From positions 39,246,001 to 39,310,000 of the forward strand of contig OX597817.1 of the NCBI GenBank assembly GCA_951406725.2: 64,000 nucleotides of DNA, read 5' to 3'. Origin of the DNA: Octopus vulgaris (Eukaryota). Shown here in pieces: positions 1-12,824 of the stretch (positions are counted from its first letter, which is position 1; each line of letters opens with the position of its first letter). A program made the position numbers and the translations under genes. The notes beneath the pieces were generated by a model, which worked only from the letters and a program-made list of their open reading frames with translations, did not search any database and was not told the DNA's origin.

Positions 1-1339
1 TTATATTAAACTGATAAAAATATTTTCCTCTCTCCCTTCCTCTCTCTTGTCCCGGGACTACTGTTGTTCTTTTGTTTCAGTTATGTGAATCACAAAAGGC
101 CCCTGACACAATAATGTAAATTTAGGTCCTTCGTCACGGCCTCTTGGTCACAAAAGTTTTATTCTCGGTTTTGTCTGTTTCTATATTGTAGTTTTCTGTA
201 ATTGTGTCGTCGAAATAAATAAACTGAATTAAATTGATGCGTCTCATCGTCAATATTAATGTGCATCTCCGTTTTTTTTAGCCAGACACACTATCTAGGA
301 AAGGGTTTCATTATTTAGAGTCAATAGATCTGTGCTCGTGCGCGGGAAATCCATGAGGTAGTAAAGATGGAGGGTGAGGAGTGAGAGACCTAGTTCTCGA
401 GAGCAGCCAATGGGCTTTCACTTTCATTGTTTATCTTTCGTCTGACTCACATAAATGATATAAGAGAGGGAAGTTTTTTTTAATGCCATTCCTGTAGACA
501 CCTACACATCAAAAATATTGGCCGATATAATATCTAACTGACTACTTCTCTTTATACTACTATCTCCTTAAATCTTTGATTCCCTGTCCATCATTTTGCA
601 TTCACCTCTTTCTCGTATATATTTCAACCCATTTCTTTTCTTCCCCCTTCCCTTCTCTCTCCTTCACTATTCTACACACCTAAATCCAAAGAGAATATAA
701 ACTCTATTCATTTTCTCAAAATGCGGTCCCCCTCCCAAATGACATACATCAACATTTCATCTTCCTTTTCTTTTTGCTTCGTTTTTATATTCAAGCGTTT
801 TGCGCAACTGTTTAATAAATTGGCCGAATTGTTACTGCGTCAGGCATAAATGTCTACTGTATTTAGTTATATCTCCTTAGTTCTGAGTTCAAATCTCACA
901 AAAGTCAGCTTAACCTTTCATCCTCCCAATCATCGATAACATTCGAACTAATACTATGTAAGGTATGTACAATCACGGCGACTTTTATTCTTTATAGTTC
1001 AGGTTTCGGCTCTTTCGAAAAGACTGCTCTCTACACATATCCCGATAAAGGCAAGCTCTGAAATACTTGATTATCCGATGTTTTGAAGCTTGTTACAGGC
1101 ACTCCAGAGCAGTCCCTTCTATATAGGGAAATCTTTTTCAGTGTCAACAAAATAGGATCCAAGGTGTTTGAAGCCATAGACCTCCTTAAGATGTGAGCTA
1201 TCGTTGAAACAAACTGGCTGTGGCTTTCGGCTTTATTGATATATTCGAACTTCTCATTAGGACTCAAAACATCTCATGGACTGAACACAAAACCAAAGAG
1301 GAGATTTATGGACACATTCTGCATCTATCTCTACAATTA

Positions 1340-1551
1340 TTTTTATTTCCATCAGGGGGATAAACATAGAGGAGACAAACAAGGACAGACAAACGGATTA
1401 AGTCGATTACATCGACCCCAGCGTGTAACTGGTACTTAAGGATGAAAGGCAAAGTCGACCTCGGCGGAATTTGAACTCAGAACATAACGGCAGACGAAAT
1501 ACCGCTAAGCATTTTGCCCTGCGTGCTAACGATTCTGCCAGCTCGCCGCCC
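1340..1551 (-). mobile_element. tRNA-derived SINE, family N (Nin/Deu-like central domain)
   Basis: Reverse strand reads GGCGGCGAGCTGGCAGAATCGTTAGCACG...GAGTTCAAATTCCGCCGAGGTCGACTTTGCCTTTCATCC, i.e. pol III A/B boxes plus a Nin-like core. Similar copies at 15383, 38125, 9250 and 62080. Confidence 0.85.
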
Positions 1552-2235
1552 TCGATAACTGTTGCTCAAACTGTGGATAAGCTTTGCTCATTAACAACCG
1601 GCCATATCGGGTATTATATTTTGAAGACCCTAACAGAAGACCTCTCAACTACGTTGATGCCGTTGGCAAACACGCACCATAAAACTGTGAGTCTACCATT
1701 AGCTAATGGGAGAGATTCCTGGCCTAGCATTATGAGATGCATTTCAATGGCGGCCACACGAAGAAGCAAAAGCTATAAAAGAATCAATGAAGGTCTACTT
1801 GTTTTAGGGGTAGTTGATCTTATCCATTGTCCAGTTTAACACTACTGTCCACTTGGAGCCGAGTTCACTCTGGTGAAAATATTCGGACTGTATCTCCACT
1901 CGAAACATATCTCGGTATCTTGAAGTACTCTTTGCTAATGCATCAGTCTCCTTTCTCTGCATCAGTTTTGAAGATTCTGCAATCATTTATAACCTCTTCC
2001 TTTCCTTGTGACAATGTGACCTAGAGTTTATTTATTTTATACAGCAGTGGGTGATTAAATGTGTCGTTGGTTACATATTTTCTGCATTTCTGACATCTGC
2101 AAGAGTAACAAGGGAGTGTCTGTAATTCGATACAGAACAAATATTGTGAGGATCTTCATCTGAAAAGTACTGGATTTTTAGTTTTAGCGTTAATGTTTAT
2201 TTTTTTCGCCAATATTGCCTGTAAAAAGCACACTC

Positions 2236-2352
<117 letters not shown>

Positions 2353-2515
2353 AGTTTCCACATAGTCTTCGCCGAAAAAATTCTGCACACAAGGTATAGA
2401 TTAACACAAGGCTACAATACAAAACACTTGCTTAAAGTGTCGAGCAATGATATCGAAATCAGAACCACGTGGTTGCGAAACGAACTTCTTAATGCTACCA
2501 TTAATTACACCTGTC

Positions 2516-2927
2516 GGATCTTTTCGGTTTGAACGGCAGTTTTTAACATAATTTCTAGGTAACTAAAAAATTTTAAACTTCGTATACTGGTAGAATGTGT
2601 TTATAAAACATCTTTTTCTCTTGGCTTTATTGAGAAAATTCTATAGCTTGTAAGATATTTGTTGTTTTTTTCTTCAATTTCTGCAATTTCAACCAATCAG
2701 TGACGTCTATTGAGGTAAAAAACATTCTGTGCCGTATGAATATGTCCCTCGTTTAAGAAACAGATTGGGTTTATTTACATTTGCGAAGAAAAAAAAAAGA
2801 TACCCTTCCCCCACACCTAACCCTAAAACAGATTGAAATGCAATAGATCGATACTAGGGTCATAATTATGGGTGACAATTTCATATGACACCGCTAGAAA
2901 AAACTACCGTTCAAACCGAAAAGATCC
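2516..2927. mobile_element. Non-autonomous DNA transposon (MITE), Merlin-like
   Basis: About 29-bp TIRs GGATCTTTTCGGTTTGAACGGCAGTTTTT / AAAAACTACCGTTCAAACCGAAAAGATCC; perfect 8-bp TSD CACCTGTC (2508-2515 and 2928-2935); GG termini. Confidence 0.85.
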
Positions 2928-3518
2928 CACCTGTCTCCACACGTCTATGTTAGAAATCAATAACTGAAACATTTTGGAATTTAAAATAATTTACATTTTA
3001 ATTTCTAATTTATTATATTGACTTATAGTATCAGATCTATCAAAAGAAATATGAAACTGTGAGAAGTTCATACCTTTCTTAGCGGTACGAGCGCCTTAGG
3101 TGAAATAAAACTGTATTAAAACTGAGTTTTGAACTCGGCTCTGCCACCACCTAATTGTCAATGTAGGGTGTTCACTTCACAAATTAGTATGGGATATCAA
3201 ATCGTGATAATTAAGCGGTTATGTTGTTAAAAAGCACACTTAATGACTGGAAAACTAAGCTTGAGTATATTCTAACATAATTAATCCTAAAAGACATCAA
3301 GCCACAGATCAACGTCCGTTTATATTGTTGCGCCTTCATTAATTAGTTGGTTTGTGTTTGTTTTATTTCTGTCTGTTCAATAGGATGAAACTAACATAGC
3401 ATTAATAACATACACAATTGGAATAACAACGTGTAAACTTAGAACGAGAAGGCTGACCTCTTATTCACCCGTTCTTCGTTGCATTTCTGAAATAAGTGAT
3501 CACCAAGACAGATACATT

Positions 3519-3829
3519 GTGGAGGTGCAATGGCCCAGTGGTTAGGGCAGCGGACTCGCAGTCGGAGGATCGCGGTTTCGATTCCCAGACGGGCGTTGTG
3601 TGTGTTTATTGAACGAAAACACCTAAAAGCTCCACGAGACCCCGGCAGGCGATGGTGGCGACCCCTGTTGTACTCTTTCGCCACAACTTTCTCTCACTCT
3701 CTCTTCCTGTTTCTTGAGTAACGCTGCGATGGACTGGCGTCCTATCCAGCTAGGGGGAACACATACGCCACAGAAACCGGGAAACTGGGCCCATGAGTCA
3801 GGCTAGGCTTGAAAAGGGCGACAAAAAAA
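3519..3829 (+). mobile_element. tRNA-derived SINE, family R
   Basis: A-box TGGCCCAGTGG, B-box GGTTTCGATTCCC, A-rich tail; near-identical inverted copy at 19805-20120. Confidence 0.9.
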
Positions 3830-3889
3830 AAGACAGATACATTAAGGAAAAGTACATATAGATTTATCATGATGATATCTAATTATATC

Positions 3890-4100
3890 AGACAGCGAGC
3901 TGGCAGAACCGTTAACACATCGGACAAAATGCTCAGCTACATTTCGTCCATCTTTATTTTCTGAGTTCAATTTCCGCCTAGATCGACTTTGTCTTTCATC
4001 TCTTCGAGGTCAATAAAGTAAGTACCAGTTTTATATGGAGTCGATGTAATCGACTAACCTCTCCCTCCTACAGTTGCGGGATTTGTGCCAAAATTTGAAA
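3890..4100 (+). mobile_element. SINE family N, diverged
   Basis: GAGCTGGCAGAACCGTTAACAC...GAGTTCAATTTCCGCC...GACTTTGTCTTTCATC matches family N. Confidence 0.8.
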
Positions 4101-4510
4101 CATTCATTAAATATCATTTTCAAAGTCCGTATAATTGCATACAATTAGCTTTCAATTGTATATTGCGTAATTGTATAATTCGGTTAATTGGGAAACATTT
4201 TAAAACACCGAACCTTTTTGTAAGCAAATCAACGACAAAATTCATCAGTTCATTGCTGATGGATGATTTCAATTTCAGTTAATTTTTATAAAATACATAC
4301 GGCATTTTAAAAAGTTAAGTATTTATTTGTTTTCAGGTAAATAAGATGTTCGGGAGTTAAAACAGTGAATCACCACAAGGAGTTAAATAAGGTGGGTCTG
4401 GAAACTTTCGTTTCCTTGAGGAGTCAAGATGATAGTCGTCAGTACTTCCTGTTTATAAACTGATGTCAAAAGAGTCAAATGTCTTCAAGTTATTCATACA
4501 ATTTCTACAA

Positions 4511-4850
4511 ACTGGTTCCGGGTTCAGTCCCACCTTGAGCAAGTGCCGACCAAAGCCTTGTGAGTGGATTTGGTAGACGGAAACTGAAAAAAAGCCCCTC
4601 GTATATATGTGTGTATGTATATATATATATGTACGTGTGTGTATATGTTTGTGTGTCTGTGTTTCTCCCCCCAACATCGCTTGACAACCGATGCTGGTAT
4701 GTTTATGTCTCCGTAACTTAGCGGTTCGGCAAGAGTTCGGTAGAGTAAGTACTAGGCTTAAAAGAATAAGTCCTGGGTTTGATTTGTTCGACTAAAGGCG
4801 GTGCTCCAGCATGACCACAGTCAAATGACTGAAACAAGTAAAACAAGTAA
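4511..4850 (+). mobile_element. SINE family K (internal TA/TG microsatellite), 5'-truncated
   Basis: GGTTCCGGGTTCAGTCCCAC...GGATTTGGTAGACGGAAACTGA, then the microsatellite, then CGCTTGACAACCG...GACTGAAACAAGTAAAA. Confidence 0.88.
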
Positions 4851-5354
4851 ACTAAAGACTACTGAAGCCAAAATTTCAGTGAATTTTAATCTTATTTTCA
4901 GTTGTGCAATAACATTTTTCAATAAATAAATCTTCATTTGTAAAAACAAAAATGTCTTGAATTAATCTGGGAATGGAAACGGACATTACGGTTTCCAATA
5001 TCAACTGATTAAAATTCTGTAATTGACTCGATAAAAATTTTCTTTATCCACATGACTTAGGTTGTATTCATAGAGCAATCCAAAATGTGTGGAAGTTAAT
5101 TGTTGGAACAAATGAATCTAGTTAACTTTTGGTTATTTGAGAAATTTCACATGGAACTGAAAAACCTTATAAGAAGGATAATGAAATGATTGTTATTTAA
5201 AAATAGCGCGAACTGGATGGAATCTAAATAAATTGTGTCAACAGACAACGTACTTCAAAGTAAAATAATTTTTTTCTAAGTTTATTATATGATCCATATT
5301 GTGTGTAAGGTAGTCACAACGCCTTACTGCTTACAATATGGTGAAATCTAATTT

Positions 5355-5536
5355 TGTATCACATACTGTGCGACTTACTCTGGAAGTCTACTTCCCAACC
5401 ACATGGTTCGGGGTTCAGTCTCACTGCGTGCCACCTTGGGCAAGTGTCTTCTATTATAACCTTGGGCTGACCAGAACCTTGTGAGTAGATTTGGTAGACA
5501 GAAAGATGACCGTCGTGTGTGTGTGTGTGTGTATAT

Positions 5537-5598
<62 letters not shown>

Positions 5599-5719
5599 GG
5601 GGGAAGATATGAAAATCAACGAAAATGCACATTGTAAATAAAAAATGGCTTTTTATGAACGGTAAAGATAAATATATACATTTAGATGGACTGAAATGGT
5701 AATAAAAGTCATAAAAGTC

Positions 5720-5791
<72 letters not shown>

Positions 5792-5993
5792 TGTATGATG
5801 TGTGTGTCCCCACCGCTTGACAACCGGTGTTGGTGTGTTTACGTCCCCGTAACTTAGCAGTTCGGCAAAAGAACAGATAGAATAAGTATCAGGCCTAAAA
5901 AGAAAATAAGTACTGGGGTCGATTAGCTTGACTAAAATCTCTGAAGGCGGTGCCCCAGCATGGCCATAGTCATTGGACTGAAACAAGTAAAAG

Positions 5994-5995
<2 letters not shown>
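5355..5995 (+). mobile_element. SINE family K with a ~125-bp insert (5597-5720) in its microsatellite
   Basis: Both SINE halves match family K; unrelated AT-rich sequence lies between the dinucleotide tracts. Confidence 0.85.
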
Positions 5996-6065
<70 letters not shown>

Positions 6066-6069
<4 letters not shown>

Positions 6070-6890
6070 GTTGAAGAATAATTCATGAGCGTTTTTTTTT
6101 CAATTTTTAATTTTTAATTTTATTGATTTTTTTGTCTATTTTCAGGTAATTATAATAGAATGTCAAGTGGACAAAGCTGAGCATTTTCGACACCATTTGC
6201 TTTTTGCATTTAATCGAGATGTTCAGCCCGCCGAAGCTGCTCGTGAGATTTGTGTTGTGTATGGAGGAGCAATGCCTCAAAGTACCGCCCGCCGTTGTTT
6301 TTCTCGCTTCAAAAATGGGAATTTTGACCTCAAAGATGTATCACACACCGGTCGATTAATTGAGTTCGATGAACCTTGCCTATTGAATGAAGATGGCTCA
6401 CCACAGTTTAAATTTTTTTTATCACAATCCATCTGCTCCCTCAATTCTCTGGTTGTTTGACGTGGATTTTCATGAAGAAGATGATTCAATCGCTCTTCAT
6501 CGGACTCAACTAGTCGACCGGTGTGTGATCCATCTTTGAGGTCAAAATTGGAATTTTTGAAGCGCGAAAATCAACGGCGGGCAGTGCTCTTTCTCCATAC
6601 ATAACACAAATCTCACGAGCAGCTTCGGCGGGCTTAACACCTCGATTAAATGCAAACAGCAAATGGTGTCGAAAATGCTCAGTTTTGTCCACTTGACATT
6701 CCATTTTAATGATCTGAAAATACAAAAAAATCAATAAAATTTTAAAAAATCAAAACACACTATCTTGTAGAGCAAAAAATTATCTTTCAAATAACATTAA
6801 ATAATTTTGCCAATGCATTTTATATTTGCGTACATTTTTAAATTAAAAAAAAAAAGGAAAAAAACGCTCATGAATTATTCTTCAACCCAA
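6066..6890. mobile_element. Mariner-derived fold-back element (two inverted 5' halves)
   Basis: Perfect ~30-bp TIRs TTGGGTTGAAGAATAATTCATGAGCGTTTT, flanked by TA. The mariner N-terminal HTH (HFRHHLLFAFNR..PAEAAREIC..YG) is encoded on + at 6167 and on - at 6734; the second HTH (LLHENPRQTTREL) is on - at 6489. Confidence 0.9.
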
Positions 6891-6972
6891 TATATGTGTT
6901 TGTATACACGCACATGTATACGTACGTACATAGAGACGTAGATATAAGGAATTTATCATTTGCAGAAAATTT

Positions 6973-7051
6973 TGACATAATCCGAAATTTAACTTGATGT
7001 GTTTATTTGTTCCACAGATAAACACTTCAAGTTAAATTCCGGATTATGTCA
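6973..7051. repeat. Inverted repeat / hairpin, ~38-bp arms
   Basis: TGACATAATCCGAAATTTAACTTGATGTGTTTATTTGT-TCC-ACAGATAAACACTTCAAGTTAAATTCCGGATTATGTCA. Confidence 0.85.
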
Positions 7052-7699
7052 TAAACATAAAAATATATTTCGATATAGCTATTAAAAAGGCAATAAAACC
7101 AACACCGAATTAAAAAATGAACAAAAAGAAAAGAAAGGAAAGGAAAATAAAGCAGGGGTGAAATTTTAAATCTTTTCAGACCTTATCTTTACCCACAGCA
7201 ATTTTTCATGTTTGTACAAGAGTACCAGTGACGTAGCAAGAAAGAAGATGTAGGAGTGAAATAATGCTAAATTTCTTCAGGTATTTCATCCTAGTTAATT
7301 ATGATGGGTGCTATAAAAGGGTCTATGCCCTTCTGGCCCTGAGGAACATTGCTATGTCACTGGGGATTGTCTTTGAAGGGATGTGTGTATAATCGACTGA
7401 ATTAATCTCAGACCGTTGCCCCCTGTCATTAACACTTGTTTGCTCTTACTATCTCTATCTTCTTCCTCCCTTACCTATCACTTCTTTCCAGCTCTTATTC
7501 CTCCCCTCCCTTATCCTCCATTGTTATTATTTTCCCTCTCTCCCTATACTCTCGATCTCTATCTCCTGCAACACCAATTGATAGTTCATATCTCGATGAC
7601 GATTAGCTCAACTTTTTCGTGGAAATAATTCTAATGAAATACATACACAGTTTATGTATTGTAAGTTATGTTATTCTTTTTATACACTTTCCTGTAAGT

Positions 7700-8050
7700 C
7701 AGGTCACCTCAAGGTCCCAGCAGACAAAATGGAAAAGGGGTTACTCTAGAAGATGGCGAGGGAGATGCACTGGAACAGTCACTCTGACTCAAGTGGGTCG
7801 CACTCGCGGACAGCCATCTCCTCCCCGATAGCGGTGAGCAGGGATTTGGTCCGGGAGCCAAGAACGCCGGAGGTCTCCACTGCCATAGGCTCGATCATAA
7901 ACCTGTTAAAAAGCGAACGATACCTCGACAGTTTGCTTTCATCAGCCTGACGAGCAGCAGGGCCTGGGCTGGAAACTGAGCACACCACATTACTGTTGGA
8001 AAAGGTGTCACAGTATGTGGCATCCCAGATGAGGGGATTACAGCCACTTT
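7700..8050 (-). mobile_element. Non-LTR retrotransposon 3' fragment, restriction-like endonuclease (CRE-like clade)
   Basis: Minus-strand peptides LIWDATYCDTF...GPAARQADESKLSRY...EPMAVETSGVLG...LLTAIG match the REL motif WD.T..DT...AA..AE..K..KY...P.AVET.G. Confidence 0.7.
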
Positions 8051-8059
8051 ATTTGACGA

Positions 8060-8222
8060 TGTCTTTGCCTTTCCCTTGGATAACATTGAAGAGGGAGGCT
8101 GGTTTGCATGGGCAATTGCTGGTTTCCGTAAACAACTTTGCTCAGACATGTGCCTCGGAGGGTAACTTTCTAGGTGCAATCCCATGGTCATTCATGACCC
8201 AAGGGGGCCTTTACCCTTTACT
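8060..8222 (+). mobile_element. 3' tail of SINE family M
   Basis: Matches 57280-57430 (GGTAACTTTCTAGGTGCAATCCCATGGTC). Confidence 0.75.
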
Positions 8223-8723
8223 TACTCACTCAAGCACTTCGCTCTTAATGGAACAAAGGCTATCGATGATTTTTTTCTCCACCGTTATTGACTCTGGGAT
8301 GCTTTTCCGCTTCTCCCAGATTGGATCCCCACTCTTTGCAGCTTCATTTTAAATTTTGCTGAACCGCGTCATATGCTTCCTTGAGGGAAGCCCTTCTTTC
8401 CCAGGTCTTACTCGTTGTGAATTGATATCGATGCGTCTGTAATTTTGCTTTTTTCTAAGGAGTGTCGGCCCTATGCAAACCCATTTTTACCTCTGGAAAA
8501 AGATGATTCATATTACTCTGGTCTCTATCCTTTAACCTGTCCAGCTCCGCTGGTACACCCATCATACAAGCCATCATATCGCAACATGGTCTGAATCTTG
8601 AGGTACTCGCTAATACTAATTCAACTAATAATTAAATCCCGAATAACGAATCCTTCTTCATTCGTAAGGATGTGGGCATAGTCGATTGAATCAACCGCAG
8701 ATCGTTGTCTCCTGCTACTTAAC

Positions 8724-8945
8724 ACCTCCTCCTCCTCGTCCCCCTCGTCCTCCTCGTCCTCCTCGTCCCCCTCGTCCTCCTCGTCCTCGTCCTCCTCCTC
8801 CCTCCTCCTCCTCCTCCTCTCCTCCTCATCACACTCCTCCTTTTCCTCCTCTTCCTCCTCCTCCTCCCCCTCCTCCCCCTCCTCCCCCTCCTCCTCCTCC
8901 TCCCCCCTCCTCTCCCCACCACTCCTCACATCCCTCCCCTCTTCC
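8724..8945. repeat. (CCT)n-based low-complexity tract
   Basis: Directly visible; source of the poly-E/poly-P ORFs. Confidence 0.95.
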
Positions 8946-9249
8946 TTACTTCGTTCTTCTTTCTGGTCTTCCTATTCATTTGCTTCTCATTAGAGAACTA
9001 ATAAGTTCACCCAATCATCTTCTTTCATGGTGTTCTAACCTTATTAAACTTGATAACTGCTCCAGCTGATTTCTCAATTATATGAAGTTATATTATAATC
9101 GATATGAACTGTTTACTGTCCATATCGATTATTTCTAACCTCACAGATTTTCACACATATCAAACAAACCACCAGTTATGAAGCCAAATGTTAAAAAAGA
9201 TTATTGTATGAAACAATAATTAGTGTTAGATGCAATAATGATAATAATT

Positions 9250-9772
9250 TTAAATTTTGGCACAGAGCCAGCAATGTTGGGGTGGGGGTAAGTACTCAAC
9301 TGGTTCTTATTTTAAGAGCGAAGATGAAAGACAAAGTAGACCACGGCGGAATTGGAACTCAGAACGTAAAGAGAGATGAAATACCTATTTCTTTACTACC
9401 CACAAGGGGCTAAACACAGAGAGGACAAACGGATTAAGTCGATTATATCGACCCCAGTGCGTAACTGGTACTTATTTAATCGACCCCGAAAGGATGAAAG
9501 GCAAAGTAGACCACGGCGGAATTGGAACTCAGAACGTGAAGAGAGATGAAATACCTATTTCTTTACTACCCACAAGGGGCTAAACACAGAGAGGACAAAC
9601 AAAGACAGACAAACGGATTAAGTCGATTATATCGACCCCAGTGCGTAACTGGTACTTATTTAATCGACCCCGAAAGGATGAAAGGCAAAGTCGACCTCGG
9701 CGGAATTTGAACTCAGATGAAATACCGCTAAGCATTTCGCCCGGCGTGCAAACGATTCTGCTTGCTCGCCGT
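9250..9772 (-). mobile_element. Tandem multimer of SINE family N (~3 partial units)
   Basis: Repeated GATGAAAG..AAAGTAGACCACGGCGGAATTGGAACTCAGAAC...TTTCTTTACTACCCACAAGGGGCTAAAC units. Confidence 0.85.
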
Positions 9773-9877
9773 CTTGGTAATAGTAACGCAAAACATTGTG
9801 TCACTGTCTACAGAATCATCTAGCACAAACTGACAAAATCAAGGTCCCCACCATAAAAAGAATATGAGTGAACGCTT

Positions 9878-10037
9878 AGGAGTGGCTGTGTGGTAAGTAG
9901 TTTGCTTACCAACCACATGGTTCCGGGTTCAGTCCCACTGCATGGCACCTTGAGCAAGTATATTCTACTATAGCCTCGGGCCGACCAAAGCCTTGTGAGT
10001 AAATTTGGTAGACGGAAACTGAAAGAAGCTTGTCGCA

Positions 10038-10117
<80 letters not shown>

Positions 10118-10318
10118 TTTGCGTGTGTCCCACCAACATCGCTTGACAACCGATGCTGGTGTGTTTACGTCCCCGTAACAAAGCGGTTCGGCATAAAAGA
10201 CCGATAGAATAAGTTCTAGGCTTATAAAGAATAAGTCCTGGGGTCGATTTGGTCGACTAAAGGCGGTGCTCCAGCATGACCACAGTCAAATGACTGAAAC
10301 AAGTAAAAGAGTAGAGAG
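9878..10318 (+). mobile_element. SINE family K, full length
   Basis: A-box TGGCTGTGTGG, B-box GGTTCAGTCCC, internal (TA)n(TG)n, conserved 3' half. Confidence 0.92.
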
Positions 10319-10499
10319 TATTTAAAAAATCTGTTTCCTGTTTTTAAACGATAAGAAAATATCAAAATCTGGTTCAAATTTTGTGGTTCCTTCAATCACA
10401 ACTGATTGCAAGTAGTTAGTTAACACAATTTAATATATTTCATGCTTGAAAATGTTCTTTCACACAAATAAATTGTGTGAAAAGCCCACTCACAGCAAA

Positions 10500-11888
10500 A
10501 AATTTTTAAAGGAGTAAATCCTTTATCTAGGAGTCATTTTATAAATGTTTTCCCTTTTATAAATGTATTTTCCTTTTAGCATATCATTTGGCAACAAATC
10601 AATAACTTCCGGTTGAAGATCTATTGGATGTCACTTCAATAATGCAGTGAAATGGCTTTTGAAAGGTTTTTAATGATTTCACATTTTTATTGAGATTTGC
10701 CAAACTCTGTTAATATTGTAACTTCTGTCAAGTGAAAATGTGATGCGTGATTTAGAAAGGAAACAAGAATTTTGCTTCTTTCGCATATTTATCACAGCAA
10801 GAAAAGTGACCGAAGTTATTTATCATAAACTGGGATTGGTAAAATGTTATTTTATGCTTCTACAGCAGAGTTTATGCTTATAAGCTCAGAATGGCAATGT
10901 GATCTTAGATGGAGCTCGTGAAGTGGGGAATGCCATTTTCCCACACCATTTGCCGTTTGCAATTTGTGCCTGAGAACAATTTTTCTCATTAAAATAAATA
11001 AAAATCCTCATCAGAAGTTTTAAAAACTTCCTGAGATAACTCCACCGTTACTAAACAATCTTTCAGTAGTGTGGTATAGCTGCTTACTAAACATTACTGT
11101 TACTAAACCATTATTCAATAGTGTAGTACAGCAAATTGCTATATTCAGTTTGTATTTCTTCCCAAAATGTTCGAAACTGACATTGATTGAGCACATGCGA
11201 TCAAATAAAATTCGCTGTTTGTCGCTTGGTTCTGTCACAGACGATAGATTTAAATGTTTTACGCAAAGTTCCTGGTGATGAATGGTGCAGTAAAACACCA
11301 TAGAGTTTTTTTTATTTTTACATTACACTTCATACTGTCACAAGTTGTGTAGGCTCAGTCAATATAACCTTTCTTTACGCCACACAAAATTTTTCCACCG
11401 TCGCTTGTAAAATACTTTAAATGTTTTTAAACCAGGTTGCACTTAGTTAATGTTTTCTCCAGCTCTTAGGAAATGTCATCATCAATAGCTATTCCATAAC
11501 TTCGTAGTCAGCATTAATTCCCTCAACAAACAATAGCAACACCGAACTGTCAGACGCAGCTGTCCATTCATCAAGAACCAGAGAAAACCAAACAGAAATC
11601 TTTCGTATTGTTGTTTAATTGGAACAAGATATTGCTTCCTATGTCTTCGACTCCCCCAGTCTCTGATGTTGTAGAAAGACTAATTTTTTTAATGAATTTA
11701 TTTTTACGGAATATACATATAGGTGCAGGCACGGCTGTGTGGTTAAGAAGCTAGCTTTGTAACCGAGTGGTTCTGTGTTCAGTCTCTATGTGCGGGACCT
11801 TGGATAAGTAGCCTTCTGCTATAGCCCCGGGCCAACCAATACTTTCGTGAGATATTTTGGTGGACGGGAACTACATGGGAGCCCATCG

Positions 11889-11920
<32 letters not shown>

Positions 11921-12450
11921 GATTGTCCCTTCCCACCGGTTGACAAACGATGTTTGGTTTAATTACCTCCTCGTAACTTACCAGTGCGGTGAAGTAAACC
12001 GATAAAATAAGTACCAGACTTCAAAAACAAATACTGGCGTCTATTTGTTCGACTTAAATTTTTGAAAGCTATGCTCCAACATGGCCACAGTCCACTGACT
12101 GAAACAAGCAAAAGATAAAAGATACTTCTTTAGCTGTTGTAATCACAAAAAAAATTAATTAATTCACCGCCACTAAATGAGGTTTCTTTTTTCTTGGTTT
12201 GTAAATAATCTACTCTCAGACTAGCCTTTTAGTTACTTCTTTATTAGCAGTTATCCAAGTAAAAAACCCCAAAAAACACGTCTGTTAAAAATACTGATAA
12301 AATACTTTCATATCTCCCATGACGTAGTTTTTCTATTTGAAGAGAATTAGGATATGAATACTTCGTTTGATAATGCTTACGTATATTATATTCCTCCAGG
12401 ACTGCGTTATTCTTGCTGCATATAACACATAATACGTTTTTGTTGTTTGG
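10500..12450 (-). pseudogene. Decayed hAT (Charlie/SPIN-type) transposase, interrupted by a SINE
   Basis: Minus-strand peptide YCTIHHQELCVKHLNL (HCIIHQE.LC motif) and a FSLVLDEWT.ASD catalytic-D-like motif near 11550-11590; many frameshifts; boundaries approximate. Confidence 0.7.
11720..12125 (+). mobile_element. SINE family K, diverged, nested in the hAT remnant
   Basis: Both halves and the internal (TA)n are recognisable. Confidence 0.85.
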
Positions 12451-12515
12451 CTTTTTCAGTTACAAAATATTCCATCGTCCAATATACTTTAAAAACGTGA
12501 CGTTCGCAACCAATT

Positions 12516-12579
<64 letters not shown>

Positions 12580-12670
12580 TAACGTTCATTGTTATGTCCA
12601 GTTATAATAAAGGCAATTTTTACATTAACCTGATGGGTTACTCCATAGTTTTGTAGAGAACTAATTTATT

Positions 12671-12785
12671 ATTCTAAGACAAGAATATTATTGGTAGTGA
12701 CTTCGAAGTTTTGGCCAGCTAAGCCATCAGTGGACTGCAGTCTGAAACTTCGAAGTCAGTGTCAATAATATTCTTATTTAAGAAT
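12671..12785. repeat. Fold-back inverted repeat with HHR-like halves
   Basis: About 40-bp arms (AAGAATATTATTGG..TGACTTCGAAGTTT / AAACTTCGAAGTCA..CAATAATATTCTT). GAAA-CTTCGAAG-TC on +, CTGATGG on -. Confidence 0.7.
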
Positions 12786-12790
12786 ATTTT

Positions 12791-12821
<31 letters not shown>

Positions 12822-12824
12822 AAG

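Noticed and set aside
990-2200. Coding-like composition and short ORFs (1031-1267, 1804-1986)
   Set aside because: No recognisable motif and in-frame stops; possibly an old TE, but unassignable.
3519-3590. tRNA-like sequence
   Set aside because: It is a SINE head that continues into a repeated body, not a stand-alone tRNA gene.
7226-7362. Short TIR pair CAGTGACGTAGCAA / TTGCTATGTCACTG
   Set aside because: Probably an old hAT MITE, but no TSD, so not listed as a feature.
8621-9069. Acidic/proline-rich ORFs
   Set aside because: Translations of a (CCT)n tract, open in several frames, with no domain or splice evidence.
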